Positions 9,799 through 20,672 of a DNA stretch of 64,000 nt are shown here, piece by piece. The translations under genes and the position numbers were made by a program. This stretch comes from Patescibacteria group bacterium (GTDB lineage: Bacteria; Patescibacteriota; Gracilibacteria; Peribacterales; Peribacteraceae). Each line of letters begins with the position of its first letter. Position 1 is the stretch's first letter. Location: the NCBI GenBank assembly GCA_018814875.1, contig JAHIYH010000031.1:12739-76738 (forward strand), in the 5' to 3' direction. The notes beneath the pieces were generated by a model that saw only the letters and a program-made list of their open reading frames with translations, did not search any database and was not told the DNA's origin.

Positions 9799-10881
9799 CT
9801 ATTTGTCGATCAATTCCCATGATAATGGAGTGCCACGTTTTATGGCTATAGCTGCGTTTCTCTTCAAAATATTATGCAGCTCCTTTGGTGGCAGGCCATT
9901 GCCTGGGCGAATAGATCGTACATTCTTTTCGGTAATCTCTTCACCTTTGGCAATGTTCTCTACGGCATAGAGCGAGCGGCGTAGTGGGGCACAGTCCTTT
10001 TCTTGGTCGGAAGGACCATAGCGCACTTCTCCTAATACTTTTTCGTCTACTTCTTGTCGTGATGTACCCGATTCAACTGCGCGGACTGAATCGACCATAT
10101 CTTTAAATTCATTTGGTTCTAGAGAGAATGCAGTGTCCAGACCAGGTTCGTTCCTAGAAAGGCAGAAATGTTTTTCTATAACGCATGCTCCAAGTGTTAC
10201 TGCAGCGATAGGCGCATCGAATCCCATTGTGTGATCCGAAAGACCAACAGGCACACTGAATTGTTTTGCAATGTCGGGGATCGTTCGCAAATTCATTTCC
10301 TCCGGTAGTGCAGGATAAGCACTTGTGCACTTAAGAATGACCAGTTCATCGTTACCTTCTTCTTGTACAGCAGAAACGGCCTCGCGAATTTCTTCCAGTG
10401 TCCCCATTCCTGTAGACATGATGATTGGCTTTCCCTTTTTTGCGACATGTTTGATGAGCGGGATGTCTACCAATTCAAAAGAAGCGATTTTGTAGGCTGG
10501 CACATCCATCTCTTCCAAAAAGTCAGCTGCGGTTGGATCAAATGGTGTCGAGAATAGATCTATATCAAGATTTTGTGCTACCTCTTTCAATTTTGGGTAC
10601 CATTCCCACGGAGTTGATGCTTCCTCATAGAGTTCATAAAGTGTTTTCCCGTCCCAGAGTGTTCCGTTGATCTTAAATTCTTCTCGGTCAGATTTGATTG
10701 TAATTGTGTCTGCCGTGAACGTTTGAAGTTTTGCAGCATCTGCTCCTGCCTCCTTCATAGCGTGAATAATCTCTACGGCTTTATCGAAACTTTTCCCATG
10801 GTTGCCAGACATCTCTGCAATGATATAGGTCGGGTGCCCTGGTCCGATAAGTCGGCCGTTGATTGTGATCTCCTTTTTCAT
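9799..10881 (-). CDS. pseI: Pseudaminic acid synthase
   Basis: AEMSGNH, QTFTADTIT, LKCTSAYP, GLSDHT, IEKHF, SAF domain (RRSLY, IRPGNG); same strand run as pseB/C/G. Confidence 0.92.
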   Translation of the reverse strand: MKKEITINGRLIGPGHPTYIIAEMSGNHGKSFDKAVEIIHAMKEAGADAAKLQTFTADTITIKSDREEFKINGTLWDGKTLYELYEEASTPWEWYPKLKEVAQNLDIDLFSTPFDPTAADFLEEMDVPAYKIASFELVDIPLIKHVAKKGKPIIMSTGMGTLEEIREAVSAVQEEGNDELVILKCTSAYPALPEEMNLRTIPDIAKQFSVPVGLSDHTMGFDAPIAAVTLGACVIEKHFCLSRNEPGLDTAFSLEPNEFKDMVDSVRAVESGTSRQEVDEKVLGEVRYGPSDQEKDCAPLRRSLYAVENIAKGEEITEKNVRSIRPGNGLPPKELHNILKRNAAIAIKRGTPLSWELIDK

Positions 10882-12368
10882 GATTTGAGCATATTGCTTT
10901 TAAGAACTAGATGTAGGGAAGGCTCTCCATTAATTTTCGTGATGGCTGTTTCTGTAAATCCAGATTTAGCGAATACCGCTTTAGAAACTTCATTTTCTGG
11001 TTTGATATATGCGTCAATACTTTCAGTGTCTGTTGTTGCAAACATTCGTCTGCATCCATTTGCGATCAATTCTGTTGCATACTTCTTCCCGCGCATATCT
11101 GGAGCGACGCTTACAGAAATTACTGCTCTGTCTCCTTCGATATCGAACCGGACTTGTCCAACTAGCTCATCATCCTCATTGTATGCAATAAAGAAACGAT
11201 GGTTTAGGTCACTAAGTTTCTCCTGATACCACTTAGCGTGAGTATCCCATGGAATTGGATCTGACGAAAATGATGCATCTCGTGTCTGTGGATCGTTCGC
11301 CCACTCAAATGTTATTTTACAGTCTTCCGAGGTTGCGGGGCGTAGCCAGATTTTATTACTGAACATTTCCATGCACACGCGTGCAGCACCATGCCCATCT
11401 ACAAGGCGTATCCCAGCAGAAGACATATCCTCCCGTTCTGAACGGTTATTAAGTAACTGCCGTAGCGTTTTTGCCAAGACGTGATGTGAAATTTTTGTAT
11501 GATGTCCGAGATTTATTCCAGCGCCTGCCGCCTCAATTCCTTCTGCGACGGCTTTCTGATTGTCTGAGATGATCATTATCATCATAGGGAGGCCCATGTA
11601 TGCAAGTTCATAGCAGGTTGTTCCTCCACTGGTTATGGCGAGATCGGCCCATGTCATTAGTTCGTGCATGTTAGATGCGTCGATAACCACTTCCATAGAT
11701 GCTTTGTTGCACGCATCTTGCAGCACTTTTAGATGTGGATTTGTTCCTCCTACCACAACCCTAACTTCTACGTTCTCAAGGTTACGTAGTGCTTCTATGA
11801 CCATACCTGTTATATTTTCAGAATCTGCTCCGCCAAACGTTACAAGAATCTTGGAAGCAGTGTCCTGTATTTTGCGTTTCTTGTGCGCGGATACAAATTC
11901 TTGTCGAAGGAGTGCGTAGCGTGTTCCTAGGAGAAGTTTGGTTGATACTTCTCTACTTTTGTAAAAAATATCAGATGCATAAATATTTTGATTCAGAATG
12001 ATGTCTGAGCTGTAGTATTTTGCATGACCGTAATCATCGATGAATAAAATCTTCAAGTTTTGCTCCTTAAGATGTTGTTGGTAATCCGCATCGAAGGAAT
12101 ATCCATCTACAATAATCCATTGGGCTCCAATATCTTTTGCCTTCTTTGCCACTTCTTCTGCGTCTTCTTGCCCGTAGGGGGTGGCGGAAAGTGCAACAAC
12201 CTCACAGTTATTTTTCTTTAGCCTATCTGCGAGTGATGGCGTAATTTTGGAAGTGATAAATACAGATTGCCCATCAGTTTTCTGGAGAGCTTGTGCGAGT
12301 GCAAGGCATCGCATTACATGACCGGTTCCAATTTTAGGGCTGGCATCGGAGCGGAAAAGAATGTTCAT
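10878..12368 (-). CDS. pseG: UDP-2,4-diacetamido-trideoxy-altrose hydrolase fused to a C-terminal GNAT domain (PseG-PseH-like)
   Basis: FRSDASPKIGTGHVMRCLALA, IDD, TFGGAD, GGTTCYE; then LRPATSED...WAND...VGQVRFD GNAT domain. Confidence 0.9.
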   Translation of the reverse strand: MNILFRSDASPKIGTGHVMRCLALAQALQKTDGQSVFITSKITPSLADRLKKNNCEVVALSATPYGQEDAEEVAKKAKDIGAQWIIVDGYSFDADYQQHLKEQNLKILFIDDYGHAKYYSSDIILNQNIYASDIFYKSREVSTKLLLGTRYALLRQEFVSAHKKRKIQDTASKILVTFGGADSENITGMVIEALRNLENVEVRVVVGGTNPHLKVLQDACNKASMEVVIDASNMHELMTWADLAITSGGTTCYELAYMGLPMMIMIISDNQKAVAEGIEAAGAGINLGHHTKISHHVLAKTLRQLLNNRSEREDMSSAGIRLVDGHGAARVCMEMFSNKIWLRPATSEDCKITFEWANDPQTRDASFSSDPIPWDTHAKWYQEKLSDLNHRFFIAYNEDDELVGQVRFDIEGDRAVISVSVAPDMRGKKYATELIANGCRRMFATTDTESIDAYIKPENEVSKAVFAKSGFTETAITKINGEPSLHLVLKSNMLKS

Positions 12369-12386
12369 TTGCGAGGCGGAAAATAT

Positions 12387-13124
12387 TTACATGTATTGAC
12401 CTGCATCAACTACAACAACCTGGCCAGTGATGTGTCGTGCATCTTCACTGCACAGAAAGGAAACAACGGGAGCAATGTCCTCGGGCTGCCCAAGGCGTTT
12501 TATTGCACACTCTCTTAGAACAAGTTCACGAACGGAATCGGGAGTGTTTTTTTGAGAAGGTGTTTCTATGAAGCCGGGAGCAACAAGATTAACATTGATG
12601 TTGTATTCTCCCATCTCAATTGCTGCTGCCTTAACTAGTCCTGTTAGCCCGGCCTTTGCGGCGTTGTAGCTTGCAGTACCTTTACGTCCTCGTAATCCGT
12701 TAATCGATCCGATGGAGACAATCTTCCCTTCTTTCTGTTTGATAAATGCGGGAGCTACTGCGTGGATGTAGTTGAACGTTCCTTTTAAGCACACATCAAT
12801 CACGTTATCCCAATCTGACTCCGAAAGTTCCCACAGAGGAGCTATGCGTGCAAAGCCTGCGTTGCAGACAAGAACATGAAGGCCACCAAGTTTTTCTTGT
12901 ACTTCGGAAACTATGTCCTTGGCTCGCGCAAAGTCAGAGGCATCCGCCTGGAGTGCCAGTGCCTTCTGTCCCATTGATTCCACTTCCTTCACAAGTTCTG
13001 CTGCAGCTTTTGCATCTTTAACATAAGTCAGCGCAACATCATTTCCTGCCTGTGCAAGAGAGCGAACGATCTGGGCTCCCAAGCCCCTAGATCCTCCCGT
13101 AACAAGTGCAACACGGTTACTCAT
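12387..13124 (-). CDS. FabG-like SDR reductase
   Basis: TGGSRGLG, CNAG, YNAAK, VAPGFIET. Confidence 0.88.
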   Translation of the reverse strand: MSNRVALVTGGSRGLGAQIVRSLAQAGNDVALTYVKDAKAAAELVKEVESMGQKALALQADASDFARAKDIVSEVQEKLGGLHVLVCNAGFARIAPLWELSESDWDNVIDVCLKGTFNYIHAVAPAFIKQKEGKIVSIGSINGLRGRKGTASYNAAKAGLTGLVKAAAIEMGEYNINVNLVAPGFIETPSQKNTPDSVRELVLRECAIKRLGQPEDIAPVVSFLCSEDARHITGQVVVVDAGQYM

Positions 13125-13179
13125 AAGGCAATGCTAGCACACCACTCCGCGTTTAAAACGTTATTAGTGTTCAAATATT

Positions 13180-14187
13180 TCATTTTTCCTTGCTCATTTT
13201 TGACTGAATTCTGGCCTTCAATGCGATATCAAGTGCCTGTGTTGCTTCCATTAGATTGCATTGTGGAGAGCGCCTATCCGCTATGCAGCTTAGGAAATGA
13301 TTTACTTCATCAATGTACATCTGATTGATGTCGTACCCTTCTGGTTCGGGGTATGAATCTACCAAGGTTCCTTTTACATCCTGCACATCTACCTTCTTTT
13401 TATTGATATCCCATGTAATGGATCCATCGGTTCCATTAAAAATGCAGTATCGTTTGTATTCGTGTTCCGTAAAGCTGAGATGTACGTTGCTTTCCGATCC
13501 ACTTCCATGCCAGAGAACTAGATCTGCAGTTCCCTCTACTGATGGCAGATCAATGTCAGTTGCTGGCTTACTTGTTGTACTAACAAGAGTTGCAGGTCCC
13601 AGATACCAAAGTGCTAGGTCAATTTCATGGATGCAGTCCAAAATGGCACCGCCCTGCTCAGGATCTGCACTGTAGCTTTGGCGATAATCTTGCTGAGGTT
13701 TCCAATCTGGAAGGTAAGAGCCTGTATAAATATAAGCCTGTTTTACAGATCCGATTCTGCCTTCATTTAGTAATCTCTTGACGGTTGCCGGACCATGGTG
13801 GAAGCGCATGTTGCAGCCGACCATGCAGGTGAGGCCTCTTTCTTCTACTTCCTGCGTTAATTCTTTGATATGTTCTTTATTAATAGAGAGTGGCTTTTCG
13901 ATAAAGAGGTTCATATTTGCTTTTGCTGCATTGAGTGCCTGAGTGATGTGAAACTTTGTTGGAGAACATATGAAAACAATGTCCGGCTTCTGCTCCTTAA
14001 GAGCAGCTTCTAAGTCAGCATATGATTTGCAGTCCAATTTCTCTACAGCTGATTTCAGATTTGCTTCATTTGGATCACATACAGAAAGCTGCTTAATTCC
14101 TAGATTGTTCAGATTTTTGAGATGTCTCTTCCCGATAGATCCAGCACCACTAACAAGTACTACGAGATCTGAGAAGTAGTTATTCAT
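13180..14187 (-). CDS. Gfo/Idh/MocA family oxidoreductase
   Basis: GAGSIGKRH, FIEKPL, VGCNMRFH, IHEID. Confidence 0.9.
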   Translation of the reverse strand: MNNYFSDLVVLVSGAGSIGKRHLKNLNNLGIKQLSVCDPNEANLKSAVEKLDCKSYADLEAALKEQKPDIVFICSPTKFHITQALNAAKANMNLFIEKPLSINKEHIKELTQEVEERGLTCMVGCNMRFHHGPATVKRLLNEGRIGSVKQAYIYTGSYLPDWKPQQDYRQSYSADPEQGGAILDCIHEIDLALWYLGPATLVSTTSKPATDIDLPSVEGTADLVLWHGSGSESNVHLSFTEHEYKRYCIFNGTDGSITWDINKKKVDVQDVKGTLVDSYPEPEGYDINQMYIDEVNHFLSCIADRRSPQCNLMEATQALDIALKARIQSKMSKEK

Positions 14188-14188
14188 A

Positions 14189-15388
14189 TTATTTTCGGTA
14201 GTAATTATACACTTTCTTTACCGCTTCTATCACGTCCGATACATCGTCGTCGCTCATTCCCGAAAAAATTGGTAGAGAGATGATCTGTTCATATGCCGTT
14301 TCGGCTACGGGGAACATGCCCTGTTTTGTGTCGAAGTGTTCGCGGTAGAACGGGTGTAAATGCACTGGAATGTAGTGCACATTCACACCAATGTTTTCCG
14401 CGTTCAATGCTTTAAAGATATCATCGCGCGTAGCAGTGAGCACATTGGTATTCAATTTAACAACGTATAAATGATATGCGTGAGACACGCCTTTGCGCAC
14501 GGCAAGTGGTGTAATTGCGTCGATATTTTCAAATGCCGTATTGTAGATATTTGCAATCTCCTGACGGCGTACAGTCCACGTGGGAACTTTACTAAGCTGA
14601 CTTATGCCAAGTGCGCATTGGAAATCTGTTAGGCGGTAGTTGTATCCTAGGTTAGACATCTCATAAAACCATGAACCAGCGTTATGTCGCTCACGGTGAT
14701 CGCTAGTTATACAGTGGTTCCTAAATTTCCGCATGACCTGCGCAAAATGAACGTTGTTTGTTGTGATCATTCCTCCTTCTCCAGTTGTTATAGGCTTAAC
14801 TGCGTGGAAGCTGAAAACATTGAGATCGGCAAGCGATCCGACAGGTTGTCCTTTATACGTTCCTCCCAATGAATGGCATGCATCAGAAACAAGAGGGATG
14901 CTGTGGCGGTCTGCAATGGAACGAAGTGCGTCGTAATTACATGGTTGTCCGGCATAGTCTACAGAAATTATAGCTTTCGTTTTTTTTGTTATTAAATCTT
15001 CTACTTTTTCAGGATCAATAAGCAGTGTGTCAGGTTCACAGTCTACAAACACTGGTGTTCCATTCTGAAAGACTACAGCATTTGCTGTTGCTGCAAATGT
15101 CATTGTTGGCACGATAACTTCATCGCCATCTGTTATTTGCAGTGCAAACATTGCAGCGTGGAGCGCTGCTGTTCCACTGTTTACAGCAACAGCTTCCTTT
15201 TCAGATACGAAGAATGCAAACGCCTCCTCAAATTCATTAATCTTTGGTCCTGTGGTTAGCCAATCAGATTTAAGAACCTCCGTGACAGCCTGAATATCCC
15301 CATCATTCACTGACTGACGACTGTATGGTAGACGCGTTTTTCGAATGGGTGATCCGCCGTGTAAGGCAATTGATGATTTATCAGACAT
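14189..15388 (-). CDS. pseC: UDP-4-amino-4,6-dideoxy-AltNAc transaminase
   Basis: LPYSRQ, WLTTGP, NSGTAALH, DACHSLG, FSFHAVKPITTGEGG, GYNYRLTD. Confidence 0.92.
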   Translation of the reverse strand: MSDKSSIALHGGSPIRKTRLPYSRQSVNDGDIQAVTEVLKSDWLTTGPKINEFEEAFAFFVSEKEAVAVNSGTAALHAAMFALQITDGDEVIVPTMTFAATANAVVFQNGTPVFVDCEPDTLLIDPEKVEDLITKKTKAIISVDYAGQPCNYDALRSIADRHSIPLVSDACHSLGGTYKGQPVGSLADLNVFSFHAVKPITTGEGGMITTNNVHFAQVMRKFRNHCITSDHRERHNAGSWFYEMSNLGYNYRLTDFQCALGISQLSKVPTWTVRRQEIANIYNTAFENIDAITPLAVRKGVSHAYHLYVVKLNTNVLTATRDDIFKALNAENIGVNVHYIPVHLHPFYREHFDTKQGMFPVAETAYEQIISLPIFSGMSDDDVSDVIEAVKKVYNYYRK

Positions 15389-15463
15389 AGGGGTTAGTAT
15401 AGTACCATTACGCTTTCCATCATGCCTTTTCTCGTCCCATGGTTCCAGCTGCTTTCCTAGCTA

Positions 15464-16447
15464 CTATTCAAACCCTTTGATCTCATCTGTTGTTAGCCAT
15501 TCTTTATTGGTATCGCTGGCATACCGGAATCCTTCAGGCACATTTGGTTCCGGCCATTTTTTGTCTGACCACGATGAAGCCTCTGGTTGAATTATATATA
15601 AATCATCGTATTCAACTGTGTGACGCGCCTCGTCTTCCGAAAGAAGCACTTCATGCAATTTTTCTCCTGGGCGAATGCCAACAATTTTCCTCTTACACTC
15701 TGGAGCGATGGCTTCGGCGAGATCCAACATTTTCATGCTGGGGATTTTTGGGACGAATACTTCTCCGCCTTGCATTTCTTCTAAGCAGCGCACTACAAAA
15801 TGTACCCCTTGATCTAGTGTGATCCAAAAACGTGTCATGCGGTCATCGGTCAAAGTGATTTCCCCTGTTTCACGTTGCTTCTGAAAAAGAGGAATGACAC
15901 TACCGCGGCTACCAATAACGTTACCGTACCGCACACAGCTAAATGTTGTTCTTCCTTGCCCGGAGTAGGCATTGCTACGGGTGAAAAGTTTTTCTGCACA
16001 CAACTTTGTTGCTCCGTAGAGGTTAATTGGATTCACAGCTTTGTCGGTACTCAATGCAATTACACGCTTTACCCCTGTATTAAGTGAGGCATTGATGACA
16101 TTTTGTGCGCCAATGATATTTGTTTGCACTGCTTCTATAGGGTTGTATTCACATGCAGGAACATGTTTCAAGGCTGCAGCATGAATTACAAAGTCTATAT
16201 CGTGCATTGCTCTATGAAGCCTATCGCAGTCTCGCACATCACCGATAAAGTAGCGCATGCACGGAGCATCAAATCCATCTTGGTACATGTCGTGCTGCTT
16301 TTTCTCATCACGGCTGAAGATCACGAGTTTCTTAGGCTTATATTCGCGAAGCATCACTTCCGCAAACTTCTTTCCAAATGAGCCAGTCCCACCAGTAATA
16401 AGGATGGAAGATTTACTATAATCGATCATACCCGCGTACCCTACCAT
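15464..16447 (-). CDS. pseB: UDP-GlcNAc 4,6-dehydratase (inverting)
   Basis: TGGTGSFG, SRDE, HAAALKHVP, STDKAVNPINLYGATK, RYGNV, IRPGEKLHE; start could be 16429. Confidence 0.95.
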   Translation of the reverse strand: MVGYAGMIDYSKSSILITGGTGSFGKKFAEVMLREYKPKKLVIFSRDEKKQHDMYQDGFDAPCMRYFIGDVRDCDRLHRAMHDIDFVIHAAALKHVPACEYNPIEAVQTNIIGAQNVINASLNTGVKRVIALSTDKAVNPINLYGATKLCAEKLFTRSNAYSGQGRTTFSCVRYGNVIGSRGSVIPLFQKQRETGEITLTDDRMTRFWITLDQGVHFVVRCLEEMQGGEVFVPKIPSMKMLDLAEAIAPECKRKIVGIRPGEKLHEVLLSEDEARHTVEYDDLYIIQPEASSWSDKKWPEPNVPEGFRYASDTNKEWLTTDEIKGFE

Positions 16448-16532
16448 AGGATTAATGTGTTTAGCTGCTATTTTCTTTGTGTATTTTTCATTACAAGTTC
16501 TTTATAAATCTCAATATCCTCTTAATCGTAGG

Positions 16533-17267
16533 TCAGCGCAGTAGTTCATGATTAGTACTATGCTCAACATTTTCATTTTCACTAACAAACTTCAAAAACT
16601 TTTCCAGATTGTCCCACATTCCATACTTTTCAATTTCCCAACTATGTCCCCACAAATGGAAAAATGGTTGATCAGTTTTCTGCGCATATGTGAACAGTGC
16701 TTTGGCAAGACTAAGCCAGCTTAAACAGGAACTTGGTGATAGTCTTAGTTCTATCATTCTTGGTGCGAAGATGCGCAGGCGGGCGCAAATATCAATCGGG
16801 TGCCACCAGCGTGTGAATTTTTTTCTAAGCGGGAACGGGTATACCTGCAATGTTGTTGGAGATCCAAAAGGATCGTTTGCGGAAAATAGAAGTTGCTCAA
16901 CGGTTCTTGCTCCGCTGAAACCGGCATTCGCCACAAGTGATCTGATTTGAGGATTTTCATCTCCGTATGGATAACAGAATGAATGACACGGTTTTTTTGT
17001 GATACTTTCTATCCATCGTTTCGATTCTTCTATTTCCCTTTGTGCTTCTTGCGGCTCAAGTCTCGTCAACTTAGGATGCGTCATGGTGTGAGCACCAATT
17101 TCATGTCGATCAGAAATGGATTTAATTTCTTCATTCGTTAGTGCATGCTTTTCGTGTGTAGAAGGAGGGGAAACATAGAACGTTCCTTTTACCGAATATT
17201 TATCTAAGAGCTCAGCAAGTCGCATGTCATCTTTTCGGCCGTCGTCCCAAGAGGTGGTGAAAATCAT
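16533..17267 (-). CDS. Polysaccharide deacetylase (CE4)
   Basis: TSWDDG, HEIGAHTMTHP, FCYPYG, HLWGHSWE. Confidence 0.9.
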   Translation of the reverse strand: MIFTTSWDDGRKDDMRLAELLDKYSVKGTFYVSPPSTHEKHALTNEEIKSISDRHEIGAHTMTHPKLTRLEPQEAQREIEESKRWIESITKKPCHSFCYPYGDENPQIRSLVANAGFSGARTVEQLLFSANDPFGSPTTLQVYPFPLRKKFTRWWHPIDICARLRIFAPRMIELRLSPSSCLSWLSLAKALFTYAQKTDQPFFHLWGHSWEIEKYGMWDNLEKFLKFVSENENVEHSTNHELLR

Positions 17268-17293
17268 GGGGATACTGTAGCGGAAACAATCTA

Positions 17294-17352
17294 TCGTTAC
17301 TTCGTTATTTCGTTATTTCGAGACAACGAAGTAACGAGATAATGAAATAACG
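17294..17352. repeat. Inverted tandem array, 8-bp unit TTCGTTAT / ATAACGAA
   Basis: tcgttacttcgttatttcgttatttcg ... acaacgaagtaacgagataatgaaataacg. Confidence 0.9.
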
Positions 17353-17361
17353 TCGCTGTGG

Positions 17362-18429
17362 TCACGGATAAATCGCCAGTGGCAACCACTCATTCTTGCC
17401 AATAAGTCTTCTCGCTCTGAAAATAATAAACCTAAGCAGCCTATTTCCATGAGCCGAATAACGTACGAAAGGTTTAAGTTCTCCTCCAAAACTTAATTTG
17501 AATTTTGTAATTCCAAAACGCTCATCATTAGGATCGTCAGTACCTCCGGACATGTTGTACAAACTGTATCCTCCTTTAATAGCATCAGAGATGACAGCCC
17601 ATTGTAGTGCGTTACCAGCATAAAGGTTGCGACCCTCTTCGGTCAGAACGCCACTCCTATATAGGAGTCCTTTTCCAGAATACAAAATCAGTACACCTCC
17701 GACTGTGTGTCCTTCGTGTTTTGCAAGGAAGAGTTTGATCATGTTCTTCTTTGTAAGTGTGTCCCAGACGGTTTGTAGCGATCTTACCGAATTGAGATGT
17801 TGTTTACTCAGGCTCTTCCTTTTGACCAAGTCACTTTGGATTGATTGATACACCTCAAGGTCGTTGCGCGAACCTTCAATCACACTCACGCCATTCTTAT
17901 TGCTTTTATTAATTTGGTTTCGCGCTTTCTGTTCCACTACTTCGTTAAGCATTTTGTGCTCGTCAGATATGAGTGGGATGATAGGTGTCCACTTGGTTGT
18001 GTGCTTAGTTGGTGGCAGGGGAGGAAGAGCTGATCCAAAATCAGGCGAGGCGTAGATTGTTAGCTTCAGTGAGCGTCTTTTCTTGAATTCGGCAATGAGC
18101 TCATCCAAAAGTTTTTTGGCTACAATAAGCCGAAAATCGGCAGGCAGTGTATCAAGAACTACAGGGCCTCCGCCTCCTCCACTCTCTCCGCTTAAGATAG
18201 TCATGGAAACTGGTCCTATTTTCCATTCAAAGGCCTGAAGGGCTCCAACAGGTTTATCACCTTGTTTTACCAGAAGGCGGATTGGTTTTATTCCCTTTAT
18301 TGATCTCATAACTTCTCCCCACTCCCAGGTCTGGTTTACCTCTGGCTTGGATGAAGCTGAAATAATCTGGTCCCATTCCTGAGGTTCTGGCCTGCTGGTA
18401 ATGCTTAAATCTTCCATAGCTGAGAACAT
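17362..18429 (-). CDS. FemAB/FemX-like GNAT family protein
   Basis: QTWEWGEV, ARNQINKS..GV, YAGNALQW, GITKFKLSFGG. Confidence 0.8.
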   Translation of the reverse strand: MFSAMEDLSITSRPEPQEWDQIISASSKPEVNQTWEWGEVMRSIKGIKPIRLLVKQGDKPVGALQAFEWKIGPVSMTILSGESGGGGGPVVLDTLPADFRLIVAKKLLDELIAEFKKRRSLKLTIYASPDFGSALPPLPPTKHTTKWTPIIPLISDEHKMLNEVVEQKARNQINKSNKNGVSVIEGSRNDLEVYQSIQSDLVKRKSLSKQHLNSVRSLQTVWDTLTKKNMIKLFLAKHEGHTVGGVLILYSGKGLLYRSGVLTEEGRNLYAGNALQWAVISDAIKGGYSLYNMSGGTDDPNDERFGITKFKLSFGGELKPFVRYSAHGNRLLRFIIFRARRLIGKNEWLPLAIYP

Positions 18430-18758
18430 AGACTTTACCCGCCTACACAGAAAGCTGCCAGAGTAAGCTGTAGGATGAATTCGTTCAGTACAGATGCGAT
18501 CCCGTTCTTGCCTTCGCGTAGTCGTATCGCCTGTCTGGTTGAAAGAAGAAGTAATATGCGTACGTGCGATATCGCTTCGGCGGAGCGAGGTCGGAGGATT
18601 CCGCGAGTGATGCCGCAGGTGTTTCAGAAAATACTACCAACGTTAGTTGGCAGAGCTTCACTTTGTGTGCATGTGGGTGCCAATTGATTTGCAGAATTTT
18701 TTTAAAAAAGAACTAAGATTTGTGCCAAAGGTTCTTTTCTGACTATACTGCTCCAACT

Positions 18759-20024
18759 ATGGAGTACTGCAAACGTTGTTGTTATCCGGCAAATTCACGC
18801 CCTACCATTATTTTTGATGATCAGGGAGTGTGCAGCGGGTGTCGTTTACACGAAAGCCGCCCTCTCATTGATTGGGATGAGAGGAAAAAGCGCTTTGAAG
18901 ATATCCTTAAGGAATATAGTCAAAAGTCGCGTGCGAATGGTAATCACTATGATCTGATCATTCCTGTTAGTGGTGGAAAAGACAGCCACTTCCAGGTCTA
19001 TACCATAAAACAAATGGGATATAACCCGCTGCTTGTAACGTATAACCATGGATTCAATACCAAGCGCGGGATTCGTAACCTAACCAATATGCTTCATCAA
19101 TTTGGTTTTGACATGCTCCGGTTTACATCGAGCCCAGAAGCAGCAAAAACGATTTCAAAATTTATGCTACAGACCGTTGGCGATATCACGTGGCATTACC
19201 ATGCGGGGATTATGACATTCCCTATCAAGGCAGCTGTCATGAACAAAATTCCGCTGATTCTATGGGGCGAGCACGGATTTTCCGAATTGCTGGGCATGTA
19301 CAACCAGGACGATATGATGGAATTTTCCAAGAAGGACAGGCAGGAGCACAGCATGCGTGGATTCGAGCCAGATGATATTCTTAATCATCCCAATAATACG
19401 GAAGTGCTTCAGGAACATCTTGCTCCGTTCTACTATCCTTCAGATGAGGAGATAGAGGATATAGGTGTGCGGGGGATCTACCTTGCGAATTATGTTGAGT
19501 GGGATGCCCGTGCACATACACGACTCATGATAGAGAAGTATAACTTCGAGACAGCTTTGAAGCGGGAGCGCACACATCATCTTTATGAAAAGCTCGATGA
19601 TATTCATGCTGACGGTGCACATGACTATCTTAAGTATCTAAAATTCGGTTACGGACGTGCTACAGATGATGCAAGTAATGATATTCGTCACGGACGAATG
19701 ACACGGGAGGAGGGAATTAAAATCGTAAGTCAATATGATCATGTACGTCCAAGCGATCTAGATATCTGGCTTAAGTTTGTTGGTATGACAGAAGAAGAAT
19801 TCTTGGGAGAGATTGAACATTTACGGGATCCTAAAATATGGGAGAAAGACGATAGTGGCGAATGGCAAGTGAAGGATTCCATAGCTAATCATGTTGGTGA
19901 TGAAGATGTGGATGCCGTTCGCCTGCCACTCGTAGATGATCGTGAGATGCTCAGGTCGCACAATCAGCCTTCATATTCACGTGATGATCATATAGTTGAA
20001 GACAGTGAATATATTTGGTTCTAA
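18759..20024 (+). CDS. N-acetyl sugar amidotransferase (PseA/WbuX-like)
   Basis: YCKRCCYP, CSGC, PP-loop VSGGKDS, KYLKFGYGRATD. Confidence 0.9.
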   Translation: MEYCKRCCYPANSRPTIIFDDQGVCSGCRLHESRPLIDWDERKKRFEDILKEYSQKSRANGNHYDLIIPVSGGKDSHFQVYTIKQMGYNPLLVTYNHGFNTKRGIRNLTNMLHQFGFDMLRFTSSPEAAKTISKFMLQTVGDITWHYHAGIMTFPIKAAVMNKIPLILWGEHGFSELLGMYNQDDMMEFSKKDRQEHSMRGFEPDDILNHPNNTEVLQEHLAPFYYPSDEEIEDIGVRGIYLANYVEWDARAHTRLMIEKYNFETALKRERTHHLYEKLDDIHADGAHDYLKYLKFGYGRATDDASNDIRHGRMTREEGIKIVSQYDHVRPSDLDIWLKFVGMTEEEFLGEIEHLRDPKIWEKDDSGEWQVKDSIANHVGDEDVDAVRLPLVDDREMLRSHNQPSYSRDDHIVEDSEYIWF

Positions 20025-20033
20025 TATGCGTCC

Positions 20034-20672
20034 ATGATTGCAATTGTTGATTACGGAATGGGCAACCTTCAGTCAGTTGCAAACGCTGTTGAGGCGCTTG
20101 GTGTGGATTTTGAAATAACCAATGAAGCAAAGAAGCTTCAGGATGCTGATGGCATCATTCTTCCTGGTGTAGGAGCATTTGGTGATGGAATGAAGAATCT
20201 TTGTAAGCTCAAATTAGTCGATTTACTCAGAGAAGAGATTATTGAAAAGAAAAAGCCGTACCTTGGCATTTGTCTGGGGTTGCAGTTTTTGGTGGATAAG
20301 GGATATGAGAAAGGTGAACACGAAGGGTTTGGCTGGATAAAAGGGGAGGTTAAGCTTATGGAACCTGATGATCCAAAAATCAAAGTTCCGCACATGGGAT
20401 GGAATAACATTGAAATAAAGAAGGATTCAGAGATTTTTAAAGGACTTAAAGAAGATCCTGTTTTTTACTTTATACACAGTTTTAGTTTTGTTTTAGATCC
20501 AGAAGAAGTAGACATTATTACATCTACTGCGTCTCATGGATTGGAGATTGTGGCGAGTCTTCAGAAAGGAAATATCTTTGCAACGCAATTTCATCCAGAA
20601 AAAAGTCAGACAGCAGGGCTTTTAGTCCTCAAGAATTTTATTGATTACTGTGATACTAATTCCAAATGTTAA
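20034..20672 (+). CDS. hisH: Glutamine amidotransferase, HisH-like (WbuY-type)
   Basis: DYGMGNL, PGVGAF, GICLGLQ, PHMGWN, QFHPEKS. Confidence 0.88.
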   Translation: MIAIVDYGMGNLQSVANAVEALGVDFEITNEAKKLQDADGIILPGVGAFGDGMKNLCKLKLVDLLREEIIEKKKPYLGICLGLQFLVDKGYEKGEHEGFGWIKGEVKLMEPDDPKIKVPHMGWNNIEIKKDSEIFKGLKEDPVFYFIHSFSFVLDPEEVDIITSTASHGLEIVASLQKGNIFATQFHPEKSQTAGLLVLKNFIDYCDTNSKC